Origin: Octopus sinensis
Taxonomy: Eukaryota
DNA: 64,000 bases
Direction of reading: 5' to 3'
Assembly: GCF_006345805.1 (NCBI RefSeq)
Contig: NC_042999.1
Span: 139,376,001-139,440,000 of the forward strand
Shown: positions 26,080-39,162 of the stretch, piece by piece
Numbering within the stretch: the stretch's first letter is position 1
Layout: the number at the start of each line of letters is the position of its first letter
Position numbers and translations under genes: made by a program
The notes under the pieces: model-generated
What the model was told of the DNA's origin: nothing
What the model saw: the letters and a program-made list of their open reading frames with translations, nothing else
Database searches by the model: none

Positions 26080-26996
26080 AGCGTTATGAAAGATGGTATC
26101 TGATGTCAGGGGTCGTTTAGCTTAATTGTACAAAGCACTTAACCGGAAATTTAGAGCTACGGGTTTCGATTATCGGTAGTGGCTTGCTGGCCACTTTTTC
26201 CTGTCATCTAAGCTGTTTCACAGCTATTCTGCATTAGAGATTTCCTTTATTTTCTGCAAAATACCAACCCAGTCGGTGCCTCAAAGTTTTTTTATAAAAA
26301 TATATTTCTTCAAATTGTCAAAATAAGTACTTTATGTGAAAATGGTGTTGTTACTGTTAGTGATCATCTTTATCACCGATTATCAGCTATAATGAATAAA
26401 GTATTTGAGGCAAATATACAATCCAAATTTTTGGAATATCACACATTTTTTAAAGAAAACAGTATCAAATAAAAGTGTCTCCTCATGTTCATATTAAAAT
26501 TTAGATGGATCAAGCACCTATTTATGACAAATATTACCCAGAAAATTTCTAAAAATCATAGGATGATATATTACTTGCAGATTGCCATGTTTAGTGTCTA
26601 GCCTCACTCTTTACAATTTGGTCAATTATTTTCAGATGCATTCAAGCAGCAAAACTTGCTTGAGAATTTATGGAAAAGGGAAAAATGTGCTCAAAAAATG
26701 TCGATTTGGCTTTCTTAAGGATGAACGAAGATTATATTTCTTCATTGTTGCTGAATGTGTCAAATTAAGAAGAAATGGAAAAGGTGTTAAAAGGCTTCAT
26801 CAACTTCAAAGAAAATCATCTGAAAAATCTATCAATGATAACAGTTCTTTATTACTTTTAATATGGCTGGCAAATGTTGGCTGTCAGTATATTGGAGAAA
26901 GCAGTATGATATTGACCAGATAAGATACTGACCAAACGAAACCTGAGAAAAATGAAGCGGAAGCTGTTTAAGAAAATTTGGTTCAAAATACATTTC

Positions 26997-27970
26997 CTTT
27001 CTGAAATTGTTTATGAAATAGTATGTGCACTTTTGTTTTTTTATATTACTTTTTACTTTTTATCGCATATTTTAAAATTTGAATTAATATTTTTTATTTA
27101 AAAAATTTCTTGGTATTAAACTACAACTTTTCAGTCTTATTTTTAGTATTATTGGAATGAAAAATATAAAGATGAATATAATTAATTATAATAATAAAAA
27201 AGCGTTCTCTGAAGAAAAGTGAACTAGAATGAAAAAATGCGGGTGCAGAGTGTTAGAGTATTCTTAAGTATTGAACCTAGAAAAGCTCAGGGCAAGAAGA
27301 AAAAAAAAACTTAAAATATTGCTGCTGAAGTTAGAATTTAAAAAATAATGCTCTTTTATATTTTAGATTTTTACATAAGAGTTTAAATCAAAATACTAAA
27401 GAGACTATTTATTTTTAATTTTAGGGTCAAAACTAATTGATTGAAAGTTTACACTTCAAAACATTAATATTATAAATTTAGTGATTTATATATTTATAAA
27501 ATCACATAGCAGTAATTTGAGCTACATTGATCATGTATTATAACGCCTAATTTTTTCTTTTAAAGTGTGAGTCATTTCAACATCTTACATTCAATTTGTT
27601 CATTAGCTGTCATTTTTAAAAATAATCTTCTGACTGTAAATAGAAAATACTTCGTTATCTGATAATGCAATGTTTAAAAAAATAGATTCTTTGTTTCTTT
27701 AAAAAAATTTTGCATTACATATAGTCTACATGAGTTTAATTTTAACACAATATCTGTGATTAAAAGTTTTGTATAATGAATTTTGTTATGAAAATAAAAT
27801 TAAAAGATATAATAAAATTAAAAATATAATGCTAAAAATGATAAAAATGTTTTTGCTTAACACAAAGAAATTTTTAAGTCAAAAATATTAACTTAAATTT
27901 AAAAATTGCAGTAAAAAGCCAAAAAATCAAAAAGTGCACACACTATTTGATGAACAATTTCAGAAATTTA
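26997..27970. mobile_element. Old AT-rich element with diverged ~100-bp inverted termini (MITE-like)
   Basis: TTTCTGAAATTGTTTATGAAATAGTATGTGCACTTTT (~26997) is the approximate reverse complement of AAAAGTGCACACACTATTTGATGAACAATTTCAGAAA (~27930-27966). Confidence 0.45.
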
Positions 27971-28759
27971 TTTAGCAAATTCAGCAGCACTAGTTTAAGT
28001 CTTTTCTTCTAGTCCTGCACTTCTTCAGGCTTAATAACTGCTCATCCAGCACAATATTTCCATGTTCAATACTTAAAAATATTCTAACGCTCTGCGTGTA
28101 TACATGCTTGTGTCATTGTAATGGCCATTGGACTTAAAGTATATAAAATTGCTATGTGTAGACTTTTGTATGAGAGAAACGACTAAATTACTTCTTAACT
28201 GAGCAAGAGCTATTCCAGTGTGAATTGATATGTATTTTTATGTATACTTATGTAATAGATCAATACATGTGTATATCTATATACTATTGTATGTATTATA
28301 TATGTTTGTATATAAATAAGTATGTATGTAAGTTTGTAAAACATAAGACTATGCAAAGTTACACTGTTAATTCACACTTTCATATCTACCTCAACTACAA
28401 AGTTCTCTGCTCGCGGCTGTGTACTACCTCCTTGGAAAACTACTCTTTATGCTCATTTATATTCCTCTCGTCACTCCTATTTGCCTCCCTAAGTGGCTAA
28501 TACTAAGCACTTCAGCCAATATGGTGTATCAAGAACGCTAATCATCGGAAAATTCTCTTCTGTCGATATTTATTCTGCAGTTATCATGAATTTCGCAGCT
28601 CCCCCCCATCTCGATCAGATTAATGCTGCTAATGTTCCGCTTAAAATTTTACAAGTAAACACCAGCAAAAAAAGTATGAGTAGGGAAGATATTCCAGAAG
28701 GTATACGTTCTAGGGAGAAGTGTGTGAGTGTAATGTGTAGTTCAGTGTCTGAGGTTTGA

Positions 28760-29050
28760 ACACAACATAGCTAATGAGAGTGGGAAAGACGGGTCAGTCG
28801 TGAGTACCTGAGTGGTATTAGACCAGCAAGCTCTGAAAAATTAGGGCCATTTTAATGGTACAGTATAGTTCCAGTGTGGGGCAATACTCCATTATGGGCC
28901 ACATGTGAGAAGAGGGAGGTGGGTATTTTCTAACTCCGAAGAGAAACATCAACTTTTGGGTTCACTCAGAGCCATGTAAAGAATGTGATTTGATCAGGTG
29001 AGATCCCTACTGATAGTGAGTTCCAACATTTGAAACGATTATGAGGGCTC
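28760..29050 (-). mobile_element. CR1/L2-like RT relic
   Basis: Minus strand GGCCCATAATGGAGTATTGCCCC translates as PIMEYCP, resembling the RP.mEYc motif downstream of CR1-group RT; heavily decayed. Confidence 0.4.
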
Positions 29051-29678
29051 TAGTTGCATGTTGCACATGTCTAAGGAACGTGTGGTGTGACGTTATTTTT
29101 ATTGTATAATAGCTGGCGTTCTCATAACTGTTCCGCTAATCCAATAACAGCAAATCATGTAGCCCTTAAAACGGTTTTTGTGCATTTACAGAAAATACCG
29201 ACTGTCTTACATAGGATCATGCTTTCAGGAATTCCTAATAAGTTATTAATACTCAAATTGTGAAGTCAGTTACATAATAACATGAAATTAGTTACTCGAT
29301 AGTAAGAATTCAAATAAAGTAGTCTCGAAAAGGGCTTTAATGCGTTCCCAGAGTATATAGAACTTAGAAGGAAATACCAATAACGTATATATATACCAAA
29401 ATCGTGAAGCATATTACGTAATAACAGGTTAGTCAGATATGAGATAATAACAATTCAAAATAAATAACTCTGAAAAGGTCTTTTGTACATTACCAGAGAA
29501 TATTAACCTCAGGGGCATTAGTGTTGAAATAGATTGACAATGAATGTAGAAACAGACTGACATTTAGTTTTAGAGTAGACATACAAATAAATTTGCATAT
29601 AAATTTAAAAATAAGATAACATGCAGATTATCAATACATTTACAACACTTACGAATATTACAGTTAAAAAATAAATAC

Positions 29679-29763
29679 CTGTTGATTTATTTGGTGTGAC
29701 TTTTGTGATGGCAGTGCATTTGTCTAAAAGCAGAACAGTCTCCATGCAGCGCTTGTCAATTGG
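29679..29763 (-). CDS. Probable internal coding exon of an unidentified host gene (PIDKRCMETVLLLDKCTAITKVTPNKST)
   Basis: Polypyrimidine acceptor ttttctgtcacttcag| and donor ACAG|gtattt; 85 nt; open in only one frame (phase 0 in, phase 1 out); non-repetitive sequence. Confidence 0.45.
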
Positions 29764-30408
29764 CTGAAGTGACAGAAAAGTTATCGTCATTCATGGTATA
29801 TTCGTGAATAAGTCACAAACCGAAATAAGTGGACCTACTGCTTAGGAAAAGACTATTTCCTTATTTAAGGGTTGTACTGGATAAACTGCGAAAATAGCTC
29901 TAACAATTCAACTACTAAGAAATAAATATGCTCAACTTGTTTATATAGGAAATGAGTGTGTTATTTCCCTTGGCTAGGAAAATGAATGGGTTATTTCTCA
30001 TGACTGTTAAAATAAAATATATTAGTTATATAAAAGGATCCATTCAAAGGGCTCTAACCATCCAATTATAGATTTTTATTAAACTTCAATGAACTTAGTA
30101 ACAAAATGGATGTTACTTTAGCAAGTTTTCAAAGTTTCACGAAAATTCGTTGAAGGGTGTAGGCACAAACAGACAAATAAACAACTAACTTTTATATATG
30201 TATAAGATGACTAGTGCCTGAAATTTTTCTTTTTAAATAGAAAAGATTGACATGACTTCATTGGAGGTTGCTTTTGCTATTTCTCTGCAAGATATCAATC
30301 TAAGTTTAGATGTAGTATCTAAGTTGCATCTGGATTATGCAATTACTTCATCCCTCTCCCAAATTATATTTGTTATAAAGAAACCAGAAAGAAACAGCAA
30401 AGGTGCAG

Positions 30409-30440
<32 letters not shown>

Positions 30441-30442
<2 letters not shown>

Positions 30443-33400
30443 AGGTACAGCAAAGCACTAGCCCGATTAGGTACAGCAAAGCACTAGCCATAGATAGAAA
30501 TAGAGTAGAGGGTGAGCTAGTTAAGAAGCTAGAAGAGGCAATTAGAAGCGGCATCGCATCCGACGTTTTGGCGGCGAGGTTGGCCCTCGACCAACACTTC
30601 AACGCCAAACACGAAGGATGTGCTGTCAGAGCTAGGATGCGTGCTCTAAGGAACGAAGGTGTTGGAGCCGCGAGAGAGGCCCGGGTGGCAGAGGCGCAAC
30701 AGGGCAACAAAGCCACCATTCGGTCACTGGTAGATGAACAGGGGCGCGAATTGCTCGAGCCAAGTAAAATGTGTGAGGCCTTTCAGCAGCATTTTGCCCG
30801 ACTGTTCGGAACGAGTGGAGGGCAAGAACGTAGGGTGGACTTCAGTGCCTACCTACATAGCCTACCACGACTCTCGACAAGAAAGGCAGGGTGCTGCGAA
30901 GGTGCCATCACGGCGGCGGAAGTGCGGGAAGCGATGGCAGAATGCTCGAGGGACAAATCACCGGGTTTGGATGGTCTACCCTACGAGCTTTACAATTGTA
31001 TGCCAGACTTGTTTGGAGATCTCTTGGCGGCGGTGTACTGCAACTGGCAGCAAAACGGGAGCATTCCTGGTTTTGTGAGCCGAGGAGCCGTAACCACTGC
31101 TGAAGAAAGATCTAAACAAGGGAATGTAATAGATAACTTTAGGCCCATCACTCTGCTTAATGCAGACTTGAAAATTTTGGCCAAGGTGCTAGCCAAGAGG
31201 TTGGCGCTTGTCATCGAGAAACTGGTCGACAAGGCGCAAACATGCGCCGTGCCAGGCCGGACCATCCATGACAACCTCCATCTGATGCGCTACATCATAG
31301 ACAGGGTAGTTAACGAACCTGGCATGGGTGGGGCCCTGATCAACTTGGATCAATCAAAAGCCTTTGATAGGGTAGACCATCGATACTTGGAGGCAGTCCT
31401 GAGAGCGGCTGGTTTCGGTCCCGTCTTCCGCGGCTGGATAGCTGCCTTGTACAGAGGCATCCGTTCGGTAATTCGCGTAAATGGACATCTATCGAGACCT
31501 TTCGACATTGCACGTTCGGTCCGTCAGGGATGCCCCCTCTCGGCGCTTCTATACGTATTGACTCTTGAGCCACTACTGCGGAAGCTGGCGACTCTAAGGG
31601 GCATCCCGCGAGAATTGGGATGCGGGACGAGCGTGTCTGCATACGCGGACGACGTCACCGTCATAGTGTCTAGCCACGAGCACATCGAGCTGGTCGGTGA
31701 GACACTGAAAAACTACGAAGCGGTGACAGGAGCGAAAATCAACCGGGAAAAGTCAGTGGGCTTGCGACTAGGCACCTGGAGAAGCAAGCCCATGCCGTCC
31801 ACCAGCGCCTCCGTCGTGGGACGCTGGACCGACGGCCCGGTTGAGTTGCTCGGGGTCTGGTTTGGTCCGGACCTCCAAGTGGAGAAGAACTGGAACGAGA
31901 TAACGAGTAGGGTGGTCACTCTCGCCGGCAATGGGCCGAGAGGAAACTGTCCCTAAAAGGTCGAGCGGAGGTGGCGAACACGTACATCGCGTCCGTCATC
32001 TACTACCGCCTGACCGTCGTACCTTGTCCCGACCCTACCATCACCAAACTACAACGCATCCTCTTTCGCTTCTTGTGGAAAGGATGCGTCCCGATGGTCA
32101 GGCGATCCATTTGCTGTCAACACCGTTAAAAGGAGGGCTGGGCATGCCGTGGTTGATGATGCGCAGACACGCGCTGAGACTGCGACATCTCTGGCTCTAT
32201 GTAGACGACGGTGAACAGGTGTGGTCGCCGTTTGTGAGGCACGCTTTCCCGCAGCTCGTCTCCATGACCGAACTGCAGTCGTGGATCAAAAAGAGGCCGA
32301 GGAAGGGCGAATGGCACCGCGAGTGTCGCGTTGCTCTCAAGCAACTCTGCCGTCCTGGGTCGACCTTAAGTGACTTCAACACAACCAAAGCATTCTATAG
32401 GGGTTTAGTGGAGGGGAGGTACGACGACGAGCTCGGGGCGAACCTGGACGTCGACGAGGAGTACCTGACCCGCCTGTTCGGGACGACTTTCGGGCCAGAG
32501 CCCATGGACAACTTCCAGAGATCCCTGGCCTGGCAGTGCTACCGAGAAGCGCTACCCGTTCGGGATAAGCTCTACAGACACGGCTCGAGAAACACGGGGC
32601 CGACCTGCCCGAGATGCGGTCAGAGCGACGAAACCGTTCTGCACGCACTCGTTCAGTGTCCAACAATTTCCGACCTGTGGGCTTATGTCGAACAACTGCT
32701 GTCACGTGTGGGACGAGTCGGTTTATCAGCTGAGTCTATCGTCAATATTGTCACGCCTCCTTCCTTCAAACGGGAAGGAAGAGCTATTTTCATCATCCTT
32801 GTGGCTATGGCGAAAGAATGTATCTGGTGGACGCGTCTGAAAGGATTGGAGACAAACACTTTCCTCTCTGGTCAATCTCTCATCAACTTCTTCAAGTACC
32901 ACTTGAAAAGGAAAGTGAGAGTAGAGAGGCAAGTTTTGTCTAGCGAATGTTTTAAAAAAAGATGGGTGAATGTAGCAAGAATGGCACGTATGAATGACGA
33001 AGCCACCTTGAGCATAGTCCTATGAACCCAGAAATCGAAAACAGAGAGTTGCTTATCTGCAAAAAAAAAAAAAAAAAAAAAGAAATATAAAATGTGACTT
33101 CATTGACCGAGGTTACCGTGGTCTTTTCCGCAGGCTTTTCTTTCCACGGGTAAACCTCACCTGTCCTCCCCTTTACACTTCATATGACATTTCTGTGATA
33201 ACGATCCCTATTGATCACTTTTTTTTCCTCTCCCCCCCCTTTTTTTTTTTTTTTTTTAATTTTTTTTTTTTTTTTTACCCCCCTTATTTTTGTCCTCTTT
33301 CTCTCCTTTTACGATCCCTTTTGATCGAACCTCCCCCTTCCTTTTTTTTTTTTTTTTTTTTATTTTTTTTTAATACCTTCAAAAGAAAAGCTCTACCTTG

Positions 33401-33446
33401 TAATTTGTTCTATCTGTGTGCAGCCCTGTGTGGCTAATAAAGAAAC
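30441..33446 (+). mobile_element. 5'-truncated L1/Tx1-like non-LTR retrotransposon inserted in an (ATCT)n microsatellite
   Basis: GC-rich ORF2 with RT and Cys/His C-terminal motif; 3' UTR with A- and T-runs; AATAAA at 33436-41; (ATCT)n on both sides. Confidence 0.9.
30466..33025 (+). pseudogene. L1/Tx1-type ORF2 (reverse transcriptase and zinc knuckle), lacking the N-terminal endonuclease, frameshifted
   Basis: Motifs KSPGLDGLPYE, NFRPITLLNADLKILAK, LDQSKAFDRVDH, VRQGCPLS, YADD and CPRCGQSDETVLHALVQC. Compensating indels near 31092-31120; net frameshifts near 31930 and 32122. Confidence 0.92.
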
Positions 33447-33447
33447 A

Positions 33448-33511
<64 letters not shown>

Positions 33512-34133
33512 GATCTATCTATATATATACACGTATGTACTTATGCTTGTAATTATTCAGTTTTATGTCAAGATTTCTTGCCAATAGAGAAAAAGCTGAT
33601 TACTAACAGAGATCCAAGGTTCCTTCATTGGAATTTTAACATAACAACAGGTTATTTTTGTATGTATGAATACGTGAAGATTTGTATGTTTTGTTTTATG
33701 TATGCCTTCTCATGCGTATACTTGCATATCTAGATATACTCACATATACTTAAATGATAAACTTCTGGAAAGGTTTTACAGTTCCAGTGATGGATTGGAC
33801 ATGTAGTCTTCGAATCAGCTTTCTCCTTTCTGGTTTAGAGAAGTTTAATTTCTAAAAATTAGTATTTAGGCAGTGTGTTAGATATCCCAGTGCCATAGTA
33901 ATTACAGGTATAAACTTGAACTTGTTATCTGGATGGAGTAACTGCACATTTCTCAATAGTTCAACGTAGGTATTCTCTTTTCCACTGATCTTCCACTTTA
34001 TGATTTCCACAACTGTACAATTTCTCTTCTCTATCCCAAATCATTATATCAGGTTTATTGTGTTTACATTTTATTGAGGTTTATATGTATGTATATATAT
34101 ATATGTGTGTGTGTGTGTGTAGATATGTATGTA

Positions 34134-34172
<39 letters not shown>

Positions 34173-34174
<2 letters not shown>

Positions 34175-34386
34175 GCATGGTTCAGTGGCTAGAGTTGCGA
34201 CGTCACAGGGGCCAAGCTATATCGGCCTTTGCCTTTCCCTTGTATAACACTGGTGGTGTGGAGAGGGGAGGCCGGTATGCATGGGCAACTGCTGGTCTTC
34301 CATAAACAGCCTTGCTCCGACTTGTTCCTGGGAAGGTAACTTTCTAGGTGCAATCCCATGGTCAGTCATGACCGAAGGGGATCTCA
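34173..34386 (+). mobile_element. SINE (family D), tRNA-like head with internal deletion
   Basis: GACGCATGGTTCAGTGGCTAGAG A-box-like start, GC-richer body between (TA)n tracts. Confidence 0.55.
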
Positions 34387-34389
34387 GCA

Positions 34390-34428
<39 letters not shown>

Positions 34429-34711
34429 TGTGTGTGTGTGTGTAGATATGTCTGTATATCTACGAACATGAAACTACTTTTCTAAGTATTAATCTTCTTT
34501 TCTCCTACTTTTTTTCCCTCTATGCAATTTTGACAGCAGAAGCTGACAAGGTCACCTTATCTAAACTGGAACGTATGATTTCCCCGTTCATATTTGAATT
34601 TTTTGCGTTTCTATAATATTATTTGCTTTATTCATTCCCGAACTTGATGGGCATATAACAACAAGCCAGCAGACACTAAAAATCTCTAGTGAGACTTCTT
34701 TAATAACATAT

Positions 34712-34748
34712 CAGAAGAGACCCAGACTGATGGGTCGAAACACATGTT
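34712..34748 (+). ncRNA. Degenerate minimal hammerhead-like motif (U4A)
   Basis: CAGAAGA-GACCCA GACTGA TGGGTC-GAAAC-ACAT-GTT: perfect 6-bp stem II, weak stem I. Confidence 0.5.
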
Positions 34749-34792
34749 GTACCTAACAAAAGTCTAATACGAAATCCACTTCCTACTATTAA

Positions 34793-34868
<76 letters not shown>

Positions 34869-35498
34869 GTATGTATGTGTGTATGTATATATGTATGTAT
34901 GTATGTATGTATATATGTATGTATGTATGAATGTATGTATGTATGTATGTATGTATGTATGTATGTATGTATGTATGTATGTATGTATGTGCGTATGTAT
35001 GTTGCATGAACGTACGCGTGTATTTATTGTAAAGCTAGGAATCTGAAATTTAAATTCTCGACCGCATCTTAATACTTGTTATATTTTGCATTAGACTGGT
35101 TACACTGCAATCTCTTAACAAGGGATTTTCGTTAATCAAACCAAAGACATTTAACTTTGTCAGAGCATCGGAATTAATGTGTGGCATTAATGTCTTCTTC
35201 GAAGATTTCAAACGACCAAGGATCGAAGCGGATTTAGCGGAGAGTTGGTTTTGCTTAAAAGTAGTCTTTATAAGAGTTTATTGGCTCCTACTATTAGTTA
35301 TACTTGTTGAATAAACCATTATTGATGAACACTGACATCGCAGGCTCATGTTTACAGTGACACACAAACACACGCACACATTCACACACATACTTTACTC
35401 GCGCATTGTAGATACACTTCAACACAACACTTCAACAATGCGTGGGCACAGGCATATGTTAGTCTGTGCGTATATGTACCCAAACACATGTACATGAA

Positions 35499-35597
<99 letters not shown>

Positions 35598-36386
35598 ATA
35601 TATATATATATACACATACATGTAAGTGTGTGTGTGTATATATACGTATATATACAAGAACCCACACTCCTGGCCATTAGAAATATATTTAGATATCAAG
35701 AAGTCCACAAAAACCACTGCTACTTCTATCCAGTGACAGGTACAAAAAATAAAAATAGAAAATAGCAAAAGCAACATCCTGGTTGAAATACAATAAGTTC
35801 AACTTAGCTGAAAGAGAGACATGTATTTTCTAGAGTAGTAACTGCAATGTCGCCTTAATTTGTCAATTTTCTTTTTCACTTCACACAGAAATTAGGCAAT
35901 ATTCTTGAGGTCTCTTTTGCGTTGAGAATAACTAATAGATTTACTTCAGAAAATATTCTATGAAAAAGCTGCGCATGAAAAAAGTAATAGGATGGAGAAA
36001 GAGAGATAGAGAGGAAAAGAACGTGATGCATGTATTTGCAATGGCGTTGAAGATAGAGGACAGCATCAATTAGGCATAATACACACGTATGAAGACACAC
36101 ACAAATATACACAGATATAATAACGGCTACCAATATAAGGTAAACAAAAACAAGTAGGCTGGAAATAGTTACTGGCTATTCACACGAACAAAACGGTTAA
36201 AATTGGTATTAGATTACAAATGTGTATATATTTATATATATACATATATATATATATCATGAATATAATATAATATATTACACAAACACACACATATATA
36301 TATATATATATCTATATCTATATATCATGAATATAATATAATATATTACACACACACACACACACCACACACCACACACACACACA

Positions 36387-36453
<67 letters not shown>

Positions 36454-37208
36454 TATATTATATATATATATATTATATTCATAATATATATATGTATAGA
36501 AATATATACATACACATATATATATATATACATATATATATGTATATACACACATATATATATACACTCAAACAAACATCATACACCCATTCACATTCAT
36601 ACACACATAGACACATATGTGTGTTTGTGTGTGTGTATATGTGCCAGTCTATATTATTACGTGTCTACTGAAGCATGTCTATATACTATGTGTGTTTGTA
36701 TGATTCGAATGTCGTACAATAGCTAGTAAATATTCGACGTATCGTCATCGTCAATTCCAGTTCAGTCAAAACTCTTAAGAGATATACGATATTCACAACA
36801 TGCATTCTCCTATCACATGAATTCAATACATCTGATCAGCTGTCGATAGAAAGCCTATGGTCACGAAAGGTCATAAACTCATTTTGTCTTGTTATGAAGT
36901 GAAATATGTTCCCTTTTTAGCAACATACATACATACATACATACATACATACATACATACATACATACATGCATACATGTATTTTTCTATGTATTTTCCT
37001 GTAAATTCTATGTTATCAATACATACCTGCTTGATGTAAGCAGAGTCCGTTATAAAAGAGTGTTGTTAAATAATTATTTCAGTCACACTGATGAGTACGG
37101 CCAATTCACGTCAATCTCACAAATTCTTTATGTATCAGAGAAAAATTTTTTTATCAGGACTCAATTATATATGCATACACACACACACACACCACACACG
37201 CACACGCA

Positions 37209-37269
<61 letters not shown>

Positions 37270-38163
37270 CACACACACACAACACACACACACAAACGTT
37301 TGCATTTAATTTAGTCCACATTGCTTATAGGAACGTTGCTGTTCCTAAATAAATATAAGAGACTCAGAAAAATGTGAAAAAAATGCTTTGTGGTAAAATA
37401 TAACACACCAGCAGAGTTATCTTTTCAATTTAACATGTTTAAAAGAAATGTTCTTCCCTATATATTCACAGACGTATCTACACAAAGGTCACGAATGGTT
37501 CTAATGCACGTGCCCACACAAGTACTGAATTGTAAACACAAGCGATGCTTTTCGCTTATCTTTCTCACGATTTCTTCCAAAATATTTATGTTCCTTGCTG
37601 TTTGTATAGTGTATAAAGCTCATAAGACCAGCGTCAAGGTTTCCATCCTCCCACAGCGCCATCTTCCTGTATCAAGTAATGTTGGTGTTTGTTGCTGCCT
37701 TTTTATTATAGATGGGAAATTTTATGAGGAAAGACATATGAGGATGTATGTGCGATTATGTTTTAATTGGATTAATATTTGCTTCCATTTGAGAATTGCT
37801 TTATCAAGTTCTTCGTTTCGGTGAGAATATTTACATATCCCTAGTAGTGATATTACCACTGACATTTTGTATCAGTGTAAAACATTAGTATGTTCCTGTA
37901 AGTACAGACATCTAATTGAGCCTTTAGTAGAGATGGATGTAATAGTTGTTATTGTTTATTTAATGATTTACCTGGGAACGCAACTTCATATCATCGAAGA
38001 AAGTCTAAAAATACTACAGATGGTTTTAGAAAGTATACTGTTTTAAACAAACCGCGAAGAAATTACGAGAAGTATATTAAACAAAAAATTTGATTAAAAG
38101 CGAGAAAGAGAAACATATTTCAATTGATGTTTAAAAGGAAATACAAACATACACACTGAATAT

Positions 38164-38245
<82 letters not shown>

Positions 38246-38993
38246 TATATATTATATATATATATATATATAGTATATATACGTATATCATATCTACTAT
38301 ATACAAATATATATCATCTATGCAAAGTTAGATATAAACATACATCAATATAATTCTTTGTAAGTATTCGGTCATTAAAAACTAGATTAGTAGTTACCGT
38401 CTCACAGAAACACAATACATAGTAATAAAAAATACTTTAATGTCACTAGTAAATTACACACACAAACACACATAAGGATTCTCGTAGTTATATATAAATG
38501 TATATATACATGTACATAGCTTTACCTTAAGATATATATATATATAGAAAATAGCGCACTTATGTTTAAATGCAAAGGTACATATATATGTTTAGATGCA
38601 AAGTTATACATATATATATATTGATATATATACGCACACACCAGAATGGCTAAATGAAGAGTTTCTAACGAAGCGATAAAAAATGAGTTTGTCTCATTTA
38701 ATGGAAGATCAAAGTCAGTGTTGGACTGTGTGTGATTCCACGATTTATTACCTGATTATTACTGTTTTCCTTTTTAACTGAGACTGGTCAAATTTGGTGT
38801 AGACAGAGGTCAAGTAACTGATTCAGTTGATACGCAGTATCTATATAATTGTTGTGTTCAACTAATACTGTATTATGATATACTGGTGTAAATTTATCTT
38901 CTGGGTTTAAGAGTATACATTACGTACAAACATATACCTATACTTATACATACATATATACATATATACATACGTACGTACGTATATACGAAC

Positions 38994-39044
<51 letters not shown>

Positions 39045-39059
39045 TATATATATATATAA

Positions 39060-39102
<43 letters not shown>

Positions 39103-39127
39103 ACATATATATATTTCCTTTTCCTAT

Positions 39128-39162
39128 GTTTCTGACGAAGAGCTCCGCTCGAAACGTTAAAT
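39128..39162 (+). ncRNA. Minimal Penelope-type hammerhead (core intact, one extra A, palindromic ACGU stem III)
   Basis: GTTT-CTGACGA-A-GAGC TCC GCTC-GAAACGTT-AAAT; related to the 4193-4228 and 42796-42830 motifs. Confidence 0.6.

Noticed and set aside
26582-26923. 113-aa Lys/Arg-rich ORF
   Set aside because: No recognisable motif; probably a transposon relic in AT-rich DNA.
28493-28759. 88-aa ORF of normal composition
   Set aside because: Lies next to and antisense to a CR1-like relic; no family recognised.
37088-37145. CTGATGAG motif
   Set aside because: No downstream GAAA with matching stems.
37390-37824. 144-aa plus-strand ORF and possible minus-strand MALWEDG start
   Set aside because: Conflicting frames, weak splice sites and no recognisable homology.
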